Shown here: positions 13,905-32,385 of the stretch, one piece after another
Layout of the letters: each line of letters opens with the position of its first letter
Numbering within the stretch: the first letter of the stretch is position 1
DNA from: the human T2T-CHM13v2.0 reference genome, Homo sapiens
Length of the DNA: 64,000 nt
Strand: one strand, 5' to 3'
Assembly: GCF_009914755.1 (NCBI RefSeq)
Contig: NC_060932.1
Translations under genes and position numbers: made by a program
The notes under the pieces: generated by a model
Seen by the model: the letters and a program-made list of their open reading frames with translations, nothing else
Told to the model about the DNA's origin: nothing
Database searches by the model: none

Positions 13905-15130
13905 GATATGTGTTTTTGTGTGTTTAAATTAGGTCTTGACATAGATGTATAAGTTTAAGAACTTAATCAGGAAACATTCATGCCAGATCTGTGACAGCAG
14001 CTGTCTGGGTAATAGGACTGGGTTAGATATCAGCTGTATCTTTAACATGATTTCTTTAAAACACGAGAAAATATGGCAAAATGTTAATGTTTTTAAATCA
14101 CAGAAGATGCTGCTTACTTGGTGTTTATTTTACTACTCTGGACTCCTGTATGCTTGAAATTGTTCATAATTAAAAATAAAACAAATTGCATAATCATGTG
14201 TATAGTAGAAACCCATTTTGGGAAGAACAAACATCCTTATGCAAATGTTATGTGCATGTCAGCACAGAGGAGGCTGTGGAAGGACGAACATCAGATCATT
14301 AATCCCCTGGGTTGGGAAGGGAGTGTGCAGAAGAGAGGAGAACATTTTTTATAACTTATATATATTTGCATATACATTGTTTCATTAGTGGCAAAGAGGG
14401 CAGCTAGGTTTAGTAATTAAAAAATTTAATAAAGAAAATTTGATAAAAAAAGAGCAAATAGCATGAAGAAATAATTCACAGTAGAATAAATATAGATGAC
14501 TTATAAATATTTGAAAAGAATGTTAATCCTCATAGTTATAAAAATTCAAATTGAAACAAGAATGAACTGCCTTTCTTCCACCTCTAACTGATTGGAGAAA
14601 TCAAAACAGGTATGGAGAAAAAGGCGCTATAGATAAGCATGTAAATTGGTCTAACCTTTCCAGAGGGCAATCTGGCAATATATAAAAAGATTTTTAGGGA
14701 GAGTACTTGGAAAGCCCTGAAAAATTATTTGTGAGTACATTCATTGATGATAAAGAAAAAAATGATAACTGTCTTAATACCTATTAATAGGAAATGGAAA
14801 ATGAATTATGGTGTATCTAAGCAAAGATAGGCTATATAGCTACTAAAAATTGCAATGTAAATAACAATGTGTTTATGAGAATGAATGACAATATTACATT
14901 GTTAAGTGAAAAAATAAGGTTAAAAAGACTAGTTTGCATATTCTGTTTTGTAAAAAATGAGTAAATAAAATGCATGAGTGCTTAAAGTAATACAAATTGT
15001 TATCAAAATGTTAACTCTAGAATGTGAGTTACAGATTATTGGCTCCAGAGTGTGATTATAGATTTAATGTATACAGTTTTTAGTATGTTCTCCAATTTCT
15101 TCACAGTGGAAGCATATTTCTTTAAATATC
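12955..15130 (+). mobile_element. Ancient L1ME-type 3' fragments (at least two, broken up)
   Basis: Decayed ORF2 C-terminal and 3' UTR-like blocks: AAATGGTCAATAAATATGTGAAAA...TTCAGCCTCACT and GTAAATTGGTCTAACCTTTCCAGAGGGCAATCTGGCAATAT. Confidence 0.6.
13839..13901. repeat. Compound (CT)n(AT)n microsatellite
   Basis: Read directly. About 22 AT units. Confidence 0.95.
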
Positions 15131-15437
15131 AAAATAATTTAATATAGGTACAAAAGTCCAATGAGAAATAAAAACATCAGTCCATAATAAAATGGGTATA
15201 ATTAAATATCAAGGTAATAATATGAAAGATGAATTCAGGGAAATCTTTTGAGGTTAAGGAGAAAAATAGAAAATAGGAGAGAAGTGTAAACAAAATATGC
15301 AAGATACTGTGTAACCAGGATGCTAAACATTCATAGAATGAGCTAACTACAGGAGAGGGGAGACACAATGGAAATGGAAACAAAACAAAACAAAAACAAA
15401 AAAACAAAGCAATGAAAATGCAAGTCCTTTTCTTTCA

Positions 15438-15756
<319 letters not shown>

Positions 15757-15920
15757 TTAAAAAATTAGCCAGCATCAGGGCACGAGCCTGTAATCACAGC
15801 TACGCTACTCAGAAGGCTGAGATGAGAGGATCACTTGAGCCTGGGAGGTGGAAGTTGAAGGGAGCTGAGACCATGCTACTGCACTCCAGCCTAGGTGACC
15901 AGAGTGAAATCCCGTCTCAA
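15757..15920 (+). mobile_element. AluJ right monomer directly following the AluSx
   Basis: AAAAATTAGCC...GAGGATCACTTGAGCCTGGGAGG...CCCGTCTCAA. Confidence 0.88.
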
Positions 15921-16299
15921 CACACAGACACACACACCCCAAAAGTCCCTTCCTGTCCACCCACCTCCACCAAGTGTAATGGAGCTTATTTATGCATAGA
16001 CATATTACAGGAGTAAAATTACAAGGTATCATGGGTTCTGTCTTTAAGTTAAAAATTGAAAACATGTTATCTCTACTTCCTCCTGGAACCCCCTAGCATG
16101 ACAATAAATGGTTAAAGAACTCAAGAAGATGCTGAAGAAAAAACAGGAGAAGCAGAGGATGAGTGTAACTGACACAGAAGGCAGGATGGAGCTGAGACTT
16201 TGTCTGGCAGTGGGGGGCTAAGCAGGATAAAATGGTATTACTATTAGTGCTGTCAGTAGGAGCAATAGCCATCAATATAGGTACAAACCATTAATATTC

Positions 16300-17400
<1,101 letters not shown>

Positions 17401-17758
17401 AGAGGAGGTAACAAAGTTGCTGGATATTACGGTGTGTTTGCTTAACTTGCCAGAAGATTTACAATTCCTTCAAGGGGTTTGAGCCTGAATTGGTGGTAGG
17501 TATGTACATAAGCCAAAAGATGAGGGAAGAATGAGAGGAGGGAAGGGAATTAAACAATAAAGGAAACATAAATATAGAACATGACACAGCTTAGCTGTTG
17601 ATACTAAATTGTTCATATAAATAAAAGTACTAAATGTAGAGTTAGTAATTGGTGATGTCTCTACATAGGAAGCATGGAAGCATTGTGTCTATGTATTTCT
17701 ACTGTAAGGGGAAATTGTAAGAGCAAAAATTTCTTTCTTTTTTTTTGAAGTCTGCACC

Positions 17759-18442
17759 TTTTTTTATTATTTTATTTTATTATTATTATACTTTAAGTTT
17801 TAGGGTACATGTGCACAATGCATAGGTTAGTTACATATGTATACATGTGCCATGCTGGTGTGCTGCACCCATTAACTCGTCATTTAGCATTAGGTGTACC
17901 TCCTAATGCTATCCCTCCCCACTCCCCGCACCCCACAACAGGCCCCGGTGTGTGATGTTCCCCTTCCTGTGTCCATGTGTTCTCATTGTTCAATTCCCAC
18001 CTAGGAGTGAGAATATGCGGTATTTGGTTTTTTGTTCTTGCGATAGTTTACTGAGAATGATGATTTCCAATTTCATCCATGTCCCTACAAAGGACATGAA
18101 CTCATCATTTTTTATGGCTGCATAGTATTCCATGGTGTATATGTGCCACATTTTCTTAATCCAGTCTATCATTGTTGGACATTTGGGTTGGTTCCAAGTC
18201 TTTGCTATTGTGAATAGTGCCGCAATAAACATAAGTGTGCATGTGTCTTTATAGCAGCATGATTTATAGTCCTTTGGGTATATACCCAGTAATGGGATGG
18301 CTGGGTCAAATGGTATTTCTAGTTCTAGATCCCTGAGGAATCGCCACACTGACTTCCACCATGGATGAACTAGTTTACAGTCCCACCAACAGTGTAAAAG
18401 TGTTCCTATTTCTCCACATCCTCTCCAGCACCTATTGTTTCC
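17759..18442 (-). mobile_element. 5'-truncated L1PA (PA3/PA4-like) 3' end
   Basis: ORF 17990..18481 encodes the ORF2 C-terminus ([16 protein letters not shown]...LGGN), followed by the 3' UTR and poly-A. Confidence 0.95.
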
Positions 18443-18659
18443 ATACAAGGAACTCAGTGGATAATATATAGACTCAGACACTAGTATTAAATGACTGCAT
18501 AAACAAAATACTTAGGAATATGGAAACTAAACGTAAAAAATTTCAAGAAAGAAGATGACATAGGACACAAGAAGTTGTGATAAATGACAAGAAGCTGTGA
18601 TAATCAGAAGCAGTGATTAGTCATGACAGCAAACATCTAATTTCAAAATAAATCAACAA

Positions 18660-18787
18660 GATAGGTACTGATATTTTCCCTATGTAAGGTGCAGAAAGCT
18701 TACATGTCCCCACCATGTTCTCTGAGCTGGTGTTGGAGCCAGGGTCTGGCCAGCTCCAGAGCTATGTACTCTTAACCACTCTGCAGT
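18660..18787 (-). mobile_element. MIR fragment
   Basis: GGAGCCAGG...CTCCAGAGCTATGTACTCTTAACCACT. Confidence 0.45.
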
Positions 18788-20604
18788 CCTGCCTCTTCCA
18801 GTATAAATGAATGACCTTCAGCAGAAATTGAAAGAGGATCCATTTGGTCTTTTACCCTTAAACGATTTTCCTCTTAATGAATGGTAAAGTTTAATGGCCA
18901 AGGATTACATGTAATTTTCTATTAGTTCAATCACACTACTTGATTAATAGTATATATTTATACATACAGATATTATTATACTTACTGAATAGATTCCACA
19001 TTTTAAAAGCAAATAACCATAGAACTAACAAAATTCATAGATCGGATAGTATTAAAAATAGTTAAAAGAGAAATTATTGACATTAATAGCTTTGAGGGAG
19101 TGGAATTGTGTTTTAAAAGGTATACGTGTGTGTGTGTGTATCTGAGTGTATGTCTGCTATTAAGGGCTATGATGCTCATTAACTCTGTAATGTTGGGAGG
19201 AAAGTGGAGTGAAGTTAACCAGCATGGGAGAGTGAAGAAGCAGGCAGACAATAGGATTTTTAAAGTTCACTATCTCACTCCACTTTTCACTCTGGCTTTT
19301 TATACAGTAAGAAATTATTGCTCCCAACAGAACGATAGATTCATACTTCTCCCCCAATGCTTCACCAAATACTTAATCTTTACTTCAGCTCTACTTGGCT
19401 AGCTTTGATCTTCGGGGAAATAGAAAAGCCCATAATGTACATAAATTAGTTCTAGACTTCCCTCCCAGGGAATTTTGGAGCCCAGTTAAGAAGGAAATTC
19501 CTTAAAATTATAGAGTCGAATCAGTTGGTCAGGTTGTTATGTTTGTTTCCATGGGAACTAGCGTGCCCTTCCTCTGGCTACTTTTCCTCCATCCTTCTCC
19601 CCAGACACACAGGCTACTAATGAATGTCACCCTGGGTACTTTTCCTGAACAAGGTAATATATCTCCACAGAAAGAACTACTGGAGCTTCCCCACTTTTCT
19701 CCAATGCAGGGATATTACAGAGTCACAGATCACCTGAGCCAATTAAACTGGGGAATATAGCTACAATTTCCTCTAGCATTTTGATGCATTCGTTTGTTAA
19801 TGAGGAGAGCTTGGGCGAGAGCTGGCAGTTGCTACACACACAACAGCTCAACCCTCCCTAAACAGCTCAGGAAGGAGCCCAGTCTTTGCACATCCTTAGT
19901 CAAGGCTGACGACACTCAAGACAGTCAGAATTCATAGTAGTTAGTAATTAGAGATTTTCTACGGCCAAAGCAATGGCTATTAATGCTACTAAAAATGCAC
20001 GTTCTCAAGGCTCAGGCAGAATTCAGTAGGTACAGGGCCACCCCTAGGAGGAGGAGATGAGTGAGCAGCAGTGCAGCTGTAGTTGATTGGACATGCTCTG
20101 TGAGTCAGAAACTCTTCTGAGAGGAGACACACATGTAAATCTCACCCCAGCCTCTGAGGTAGGAGCCATCATGATTCCTTTTTGTAGGTGAGAACACTTG
20201 GGGATCGAATTCCTTTTTCTAAATCCATTCTTCTCTTCTCCTGCAATGATAATTTCAATCTCTTCATTTTTATGACAATATTCCCTGAACCTTGAGTCAG
20301 AGCTACAGGCTCCCAATCCTAACACATCTGTGTGGCTGTTGAGTTTTTATTTGGTATAATTATACAGAGGAAGTTGAAAGGACAGGATTTAAAGCTGTTA
20401 TCAATATTGAATTTAGATTTGCAAACCTTACATGGATTCATGTACAGTATGATTTCCAGAAAACTGAAATTCATGCAAAATATGTGTGTGTGCATGTGTA
20501 TATATACACATAAACATACTCATACATAGTTCACTAAAATGCAAAATTCATCAGCAGCACATTGTACCTCATCCCTTTACTATTTTCTCTGTTAATATAA
20601 CTAA

Positions 20605-20870
<266 letters not shown>

Positions 20871-21157
20871 AGAGGTAGGGTCTTGCTCTGTTGTGTCCAA
20901 TCTAGAGAGTAGTTGTGTGATCCTAGCTCACTGCAGCCTCAAATTCCTGGACTCAAATGATCCTTCTGCATCAGCCTCCCTAGTAGCTAGCACTACAGGT
21001 GTTCACAACCATGCTTGGCTAATTAAAAAAAAAAAAAAAATTAGGGATGTTGTCTCACTATGTTGCCCAGGCTGGTTGCCATTCCTGAGCTCAAGTAAGA
21101 CTCCCACCTCGACCTCTCAAAGCATTGAGATCACATGCATGAGGCACTGTGCCTGGC
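20871..21157 (-). mobile_element. AluJ
   Basis: TAGCTCACTGCAGCCTCAAATTCCTGGACTCAA J-type arm. ACCTCACTTC flanks the Alu pair on both sides. Confidence 0.88.
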
Positions 21158-21676
21158 TTTACCTCACTTCTGACTTGACTTTAGACCTAGACTTTACCTC
21201 TTCTCTCACTTTAATGTCTTAGCCACCACTTTGATAATAGGAGAGGGGTACTGCCCAGAGAATTTCAAGGAGGTGCTAAAATCTATTAAGAGGGCAACTT
21301 TAGCAAAGACTTGGCCACTTAAGCAAAATTCTTTTGAATTCCTGTATTGTGAGACATAAAGGGAGGATGGAACATTGCCATGGAGGTGTCATTGAAAGAG
21401 AAGCTTTGTTGTATATGTTCCAGGCAAAGATTTGCTATATTTTTCTATCATTACAGGAGGGTGATGATAAGGATGGCTGCCTGGAATGTCAGTCCAGGAA
21501 AACTGGTGCATTCATTCATTCATTATATTATTCATCAACACTCCAAACATGTGTGGAACTTCTAAATGTCTGGATGTCCAGGGCATATAAAGCTGAATGC
21601 ACAACCCAGAACCCATGTAAAGATTTAAAGTCTATTTATATTTTGCAAGGTAAAGGATTCTTAGTATATCTTAGAA

Positions 21677-22201
21677 TAGAGTGGATAAACTTTCTAAAGT
21701 GTCAGATAGTAAATATTGGTAAATATTTTAGGATTTGTGAGCTACGTATTCTATGACTCTTCTTCCTCTCTTCTCCTTCTTCCTCCCATTTTCCCCTCCT
21801 CCTCCTCTTCCCCTTCCTCCTCTTCCTCTTCCTCCTATTCCCCTTCCTCCTCCTCTTCCTCTTCCCCTTCCTCCTCCTGCTCTTCTCCTCCTTCTCTTCT
21901 CCTCCCCCTCCTGCTCCTTTCCCTCCCCTTCTCCTCCTCCTCCTTCTTTCCTCTTCTTCTTCCTCTTCTTCCTCCTTCTCCTTCTCCCTCCTCTTCCTCT
22001 TCTTCTTCTTCCTCCTCTTCTTCTTCTTCTCCTTCTTGTTCTTCTCCTTCTCCTTCTTCTTCCTCCTTCTCCTTCTTCTTCTTCCTCCTTCTCCTTCATT
22101 CTTTCAGAATATAAAAACTTTTCTTACTTAGATCACTGGTCATACAAAAACAAGCTGTAGGCTGAATTTGGGGCATAGGCTACATAGTTTTCCACTTCCT
22201 G
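21677..22201 (+). mobile_element. MER58 (hAT-Charlie) split by a polypyrimidine tract
   Basis: CAGATAGTAAATATT...TTAGG at the left and ACAAAAACAAGCTGTAGGCTGAATTTGG...TAGTTTTCCACTTCCTG at the right. Confidence 0.65.
21757..22097. repeat. About 340-bp (CCT/CTT)n polypyrimidine low-complexity tract
   Basis: Read directly. Very few purines on the + strand. Confidence 0.95.
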
Positions 22202-22205
22202 TCCC

Positions 22206-22303
22206 AGAGCCTTGCTACTCAGTGTGGTTCACGAATCAGCAGCATCAGTAACATCTTGGATCTTGTTTGAAATGTAGGATATCAAACCCCAGTCTAGACC
22301 TAC
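22206..22303 (+). mobile_element. MER5A/MER5A1 left part (right part at about 28877-28945)
   Basis: GTGTGGTTCACGAATCAGCAGCATCAG...AGACCTAC resumes as CCTACTAAATCAGAATCT...CAAGATTCCCAGGT. Confidence 0.75.
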
Positions 22304-22844
22304 TATATCAGTAAAGTATCACTGTGCAGTAAATTACCACAAAACACAGTGGCTTAAAACAACAGTCATTTATAATTGTTCATGAGTATATGGATTGGCC
22401 AGGAGGTTCTTATCATCCTGGTTAGGTTCCCTCATGCATCTACTACAGTAACCAGCAGGTGAGCCAGATGGCTCTGCTTCTAGATGTTTGACTATCATCT
22501 GGGGTACCTTGGTTTTCTTTCATGTGGCCTCTCATTCTCCAGCAGGTTAGCTTGGGCTTATTCCGTGGTAGTTATAACATTCTTTTTTTTTTTTTTTTTT
22601 TTTTTTACAGCTTCTGCTATTATTCTTTTTTTTTTTTTAATTATACTTTAAGTTTTAGGGTACATGTGCACATTGTGCAGGTTAGTTACATAGGTATACA
22701 TGTGCCATGCTGGTGAGCTGCACCCACTAACTCGTCATCTAGCATTAGGTATATCTCCCAATGCTATCCCTCCCCCCTCCCCCGTCCCCACCACAGTCCC
22801 CAGAGTGTGATATTCCCCTTCCTGTGTCCATGTGATCTCGTTGT

Positions 22845-26703
<3,859 letters not shown>

Positions 26704-26739
26704 TTAGTTGATGCAGTTTCTTCCTAGTCTCGATGGTCT

Positions 26740-27755
26740 TTACATTTTGGCATGATTTTGCAGAGGCTGGTACCGGTTGTTCCTTTCCATGTTTAGCGCT
26801 TCCTTCAGGAGCTCTTTTAGGGCAGGCCTGGTGGTGACAAAATCTCTCAGCATTTGCTTGTCTGTAAAGTATTTTATTTCTCCTTCACTCATGAAGCTTA
26901 GTTTGGCTGGATATGAAATTCTGGGTTGAAAATTCTTTTCTTTAAGAATGTTGAATATTGGCCCCCGCTCTCTTCTGGCTTGTAGGGTTTCTGCCGAGAG
27001 ATCCGCTGTTAGTCTGAAGGGCTTCCCTTTGAGGGTAACCCGACCTTTCTCTCTGGCTGCCCTTAACATTTTTTCCTTCATTTCAACTTTGGTGAATCTG
27101 ACAATTATGTGTCTTGGAGTTGCCCTTCTCGAGGAGTATCTTTGTGGCGTTCTCTGTATTTCCTGAATCTGAACGTTGGCCTGCCTTGCTAGATTGGGGA
27201 AGTTCTCCTGGATAATATCCTGCAGCGTGTTTTCCAACTTGGTTCCATTCTCCACATCACTTTCAGGTACACCAATCAGACGTAGATTTGGTCTTTTCAC
27301 ATAGTCCTGTATTTCTTGTAGGCTTTGCTCATTTCTTTTTATTCTTTTTTCTCTAAACTTCCCTTCTCGCTTATTTCATTCATTTCATCTTCCATTGCTG
27401 ATACCCTTTCTTCCAGTTGATCGCATCGGCTCCTGAGGCTTCTGCATTCTTCACGTAGTTCTCGAGCCTTGGTTTTCAGCTCCATCAGCTCCTTTAAGCA
27501 CTTCTCTGTATTGGTTATTCTAGTTATACATTCTTCTAAATTTTTTTCAAAGTTTTCAACTTCTTTGCCTTTGGTTTGAATGTCCTCCCGTAGCTCAGAG
27601 TAATTTGATCGTCTGAAGCCTTCCTCTCTCAGCTCGTCAAAATCATTCTCCATCCAGCTTTGTTCCGTTGCTGGTGAGGAACTGCGTTCCTTTGGAGGAG
27701 GAGAGGCGCTCTGCGTTTTAGAGTTTCCAGTTTTTCTGTTCTGTTTTTTCCCCAT
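26740..27755 (-). pseudogene. L1 ORF1p, frameshifted
   Basis: MGKKQNRKTGNSKTQSASPPPKERSSSP in one frame and RPNLRLIGVPE...NHAKM in another, with a 1-bp deletion near 27372. Confidence 0.97.
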
Positions 27756-28662
27756 CTTTGTGGTTTTATCTACTTTTGGTCTTTGATGATGGTGATGTAT
27801 AGATGGGTTTTCGGTGTGAATGTCCTTTCTGTTTGTTAGTTTTCCTTCTAACAGACAGGACCCTCAGCTGCAGGTCTGTTGGAATACCCTGCCGTGTGAG
27901 GTGTCAGTCTGCCCCTGCTGGGGGGTGCCTCCCAGTTAGGCTGCTCGGGGGTCAGGGGTCAGGGACCCACTTGAGGAGGCAGTCTGCCCGTTCTCAGATC
28001 TCCAGCTGCGTGCTGGGAGAACCACTGCTCTCTTCAAAGCTGTCAGACAGGGACATTTAAGTCTGCAGAGGTTACTGCTGTCTTTTTGTTTGTCTGTGCC
28101 CTGCCCCCAGAGGTGGAGCCTACAGAGGCAGGCAGGCCTCCTTGAGCTGTGGTGGGCTCCACCCAGTTTGAGCTTCCTGGCTGCTTTGTTTACCTAAGCA
28201 AGCCTGGGCAATGGCGGGCGCCCCTCCCCCAGCCTCGCTGCCGCCTTGCAGTTTGATCTCAGACTGCTGTGCTAGCAATCAGCGAGATTCCGTGGGCGTA
28301 GGACCCTCCGAGCCAGGTGTGGGATATAGTCTCGTGGTGCGCCGTTTTTTAAGCCAGTCTGAAAAGCGCAATATTCGGGTGGGAGTGACCCGATTTTCCA
28401 GGTGCGTCCATCACCCCTTTCTTTGACTCGGAAAGGGAACTCCCTGCCCCCTTGCGCTTCCCAGGTGAGGCAATGCCTCGCCCTGCTTCGGCTCGCGCAG
28501 TGTGCGCACACCCACTGGCCTGCGCCCACTGTCTGGCACTCCCTAGTGAGATGAACCCGGTACCTCAGATGGAAATGCAGAAATCACCCGTCTTCTGCGT
28601 CGCTCACGCTGGGAGCTGTAGTCCAGAGCTGTTCCTATTCGGCCATCTTGGCTCCTCCCCCC
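27756..28662 (-). promoter_or_regulatory. L1 5' UTR with sense and antisense promoters, CpG-rich, YY1 site at 28640-28650
   Basis: Matches the L1 5' UTR. YY1 motif CAAGATGGCCG on the minus strand. Many CpGs are retained at 28220-28640. Confidence 0.9.
28211..28426 (+). CDS. L1 ORF0 (71 aa antisense ORF), intact
   Basis: MAGAPPPASLPPCSLISDCCASNQRDSVGVGPSEPG... matches primate L1 ORF0 in sequence and length. Confidence 0.88.
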   Translation: MAGAPPPASLPPCSLISDCCASNQRDSVGVGPSEPGVGYSLVVRRFLSQSEKRNIRVGVTRFSRCVHHPFL

Positions 28663-29540
28663 AGTTGTAACATTCTAAGAAAGGAAATGGCCTAGAGGTA
28701 GCATAATGTAACTTTCGTCATATTCTGTTGGTTAAAGCAAACCACAGGCCAAAGTAGATTCAGATAGAAGGCAAAGAGCTTCTATCCCTTGTTGGTAGGG
28801 GCTGCAGAGTCATGTTGTGAAGGACATGGGCATAAGGAGAGATGCAGAACTGTGGCCATGTTTACAATCAGCCACTCCTACTAAATCAGAATCTCTGCAT
28901 AGTAGCAAGATTCCCAGGTTGTTCATAGGCATATTGAAAGAGATTTGTTCTAAGTATTTTCACAGTTATTTGCAGATTCCAGTTTTCCATTCTTTCCTCC
29001 TGAAACAGTTCCATATTCATGTTCAGTATCCAACATATTTATGTTAGAATATTTATTATTCTCAAAAAACAACCAGAAGTCAGACAGGGCTCAGAATAGG
29101 TACTCAGACACCTAGCATCAACCAGGAAAGAGAGCGAATTCAAACTATTGCAGCTCCAACTGTAAGAGAGCGTATTCTGTCAGGCGGCACAGTGCTACGC
29201 AGCTTAATTTCCTCTACACTCACCACCTGAATTCCTCAGTGCTTCAGACAGCATTGCTTCCCAGTCCAGGATGGTATTTTTCTGTGACCTTCAGCTTGTG
29301 AAGGAGGTGTTTCCATTGACAAATTGACGTTTACCTTGTAGTTACATAAGGCCAAATTCTATGTATGAGCCATTCGTGTGTCATAAACATGAACAGAGAA
29401 GCCCTCTGAAGCAATAGATGAATAACGATGAAGACTTTTCTCTGAATATGCTGTAAAGACTCTTCCTTCCTACAAAACTTGAATGGATTCACAGCACAAA
29501 TAGAAGAGTGCTAATTTATGATATGTTGCCTGATATCTAA

Positions 29541-29706
29541 CAGCACAGGCTTCAAATCCAGACTGCCTGGGTTCACATCCTAGCCCTGCTGCTGACTATG
29601 TGTAACCTTGGGCAAATTACTTAATCTCTATGTGTTTTAGTATTTTAAGCTGCGAAATGAGAGTAGTAGTAGTCACTCATGCATATAGGTCTTAGGGGAT
29701 TAAGTT
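29541..29706 (+). mobile_element. MIR SINE
   Basis: CAGACTGCCTGGGTTCACATCCTAGC...GTAACCTTGGGCAAATTACTTAATCTCT. Confidence 0.8.
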
Positions 29707-29833
29707 ACTTGCTATTTGCAAATAATCAGAAGAGTATTCCATTATTATTATTAATATAATTATCACGACTATTTCTTATCATCAGAGAAGTCAGTCGGTC
29801 TGTATACAAAGAAATACTTTCTTGAGATTGTAA

Positions 29834-30226
<393 letters not shown>

Positions 30227-31557
30227 TAGTCAGATTTCTGCGACACCATAATATTCTGGATGTATATGGATGTATATATATCCTGGGTTTAAAGAAACAT
30301 TCCATTTTCCATAGTTGGTAATACTTCTAAATCTTAACCTATGTAATTATGCTGTTTGCAAATGTGACAGCTCTGGATACTAGCACAACTGCAATACCAT
30401 GCTGTTACTTAAAATCATAATGGTCATAGTTATTCTAATTAGTACTCTTATTTGTGGTTTGTTTCCACACAAACTTTCCCTGGGGGTAACGTTAGTTACC
30501 ACCCTTGACTCTTGTTCATGTTGACCAAGGGGTTGATTCATCACAGACTTGTAATCTACAAGCAATATGCAGAGCTTGGGGAGGGGGTGTGGTAATAATA
30601 GAATACAGAGCAGAAAAGTTGGAAGGAAGAGAAAAGTGAGAAGGAATGACAAAGGCTAATGCTCAGCATCTATAGCAGTTTTTTTAAATAAATAATTTAT
30701 ATGCTCAGTCTACATTTAGAGATTTAAACAGTCACACAGTAAAATATTTAATATCAACCACGAGTGGCCCAACGTAATTCTCTCTAAGTGTCATTAGCAT
30801 GAGAATAAGACATCTCTAATTCTCTAGCAAGAGAGCCCGGCACATAAAAGGAAAGGAGTATTAGGTGCTATTGAAATGAGCAAACTGTACCAACTACACC
30901 ATGAGTGTAGATTCCTCACCAAATGCATTAGAGTCATAAATTGTTTTTATGAAGCTACAAAAGTTCTTTGGGCAAGCCTCTGAAGTTGGACAAAAATAGT
31001 GATCGCCAGAAAACTACATGGTCTTTCTTATATTTTGGTGCCATATATGTTGTTAAAATTCTTCAGTTACAAAAAGAAAAGGCAGCATCAACAATATGTA
31101 GTTTTCACCTTGAAAAATAAATCGGTCTCAGTAGCTTCTGACCATCTGTCCACCATATGTGAAGACTTTCTAACAAAAGAAAGCCTCTCCTCTAACAATT
31201 ATTTTGTGTTAATTTATTTTCTTTTATGTAAAAGTAAGTTTTGTATAAATATAGATTTTATGGATATAGAATTAACGCATGTCTGAGGTAGAGAATTTAG
31301 AAACTATAAAAAATTAGAAAGATGAAAATAAAAACTAGCCACAATCTAACTACTCAGAAAACCACTTTAAATATTTGTACGTAACTTATCTTAGTATTAA
31401 AAAATTAGGAAATGTTAATCATATATTCCCTCTTGATTAATGATAAAAGATAATTAAATCATTCCTGACTAAATCATGTCTAAAATGATAAAAATGAACA
31501 CTCTTATTCACTCTCTGAATCTCAATAGATCAACATAGTACTTACCCATTTAAAATA

Positions 31558-31860
31558 TTTTTTATTGAAGCATAATAAAAACCTAGAAAAATGCACAAAT
31601 CATAGGTGTACAGCTTAATGCATTTCAATGAAATGAACATCCTAGTATATCCAGCATCCAGATTAAGAAGTAAAACATCACCAGCATCATACATGCCTCC
31701 TCTTTTGTCCCCTTCCAGTCATTACACCCTCTGCACTATCCTGACTTCTAACACTGCATATTACTTTTGCCTGTTTTTGAACATTATATCCATGGAATCA
31801 TATGACGTGTCTATTTTGGGGCCTGGCTTTATTCTATCAACATTAGTTAGCAGATTTCCA
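31558..31860 (-). mobile_element. L1ME-type 3' UTR fragment
   Basis: TTTTATTGAAG...AAATGCACAAATCATAGGTGTACAGCTT...CTATCCTGACTTCTAACAC. Confidence 0.7.
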
Positions 31861-31967
31861 TTTTTTTGTAGTATGTATTTTCCTGTATATAAAAATATTA
31901 TATGTGACTACAATTTCAATATGATTAATGTTTAAAATTCAAGGTTTTTAAAAATATATTGCAACAA

Positions 31968-32306
<339 letters not shown>

Positions 32307-32385
32307 TATATATAGCAATTACTTGAACTGACACACAAGAAATAGTAAGCTGCTAATTCAGGGTTTTATGATCAATTACCTAGAT

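Noticed and set aside
18567-18620. About 2.5 copies of a 20-bp unit ACAAGAAG.TGTGATAA
   Set aside because: A tiny degenerate tandem repeat with no spacers, so it is not CRISPR-like.
21716-22160. Ser-, Pro/Leu- and Arg/Gly-rich ORFs of 123-135 aa
   Set aside because: They are translations of the CCT/CTT tract, which lacks stop codons because of its composition.
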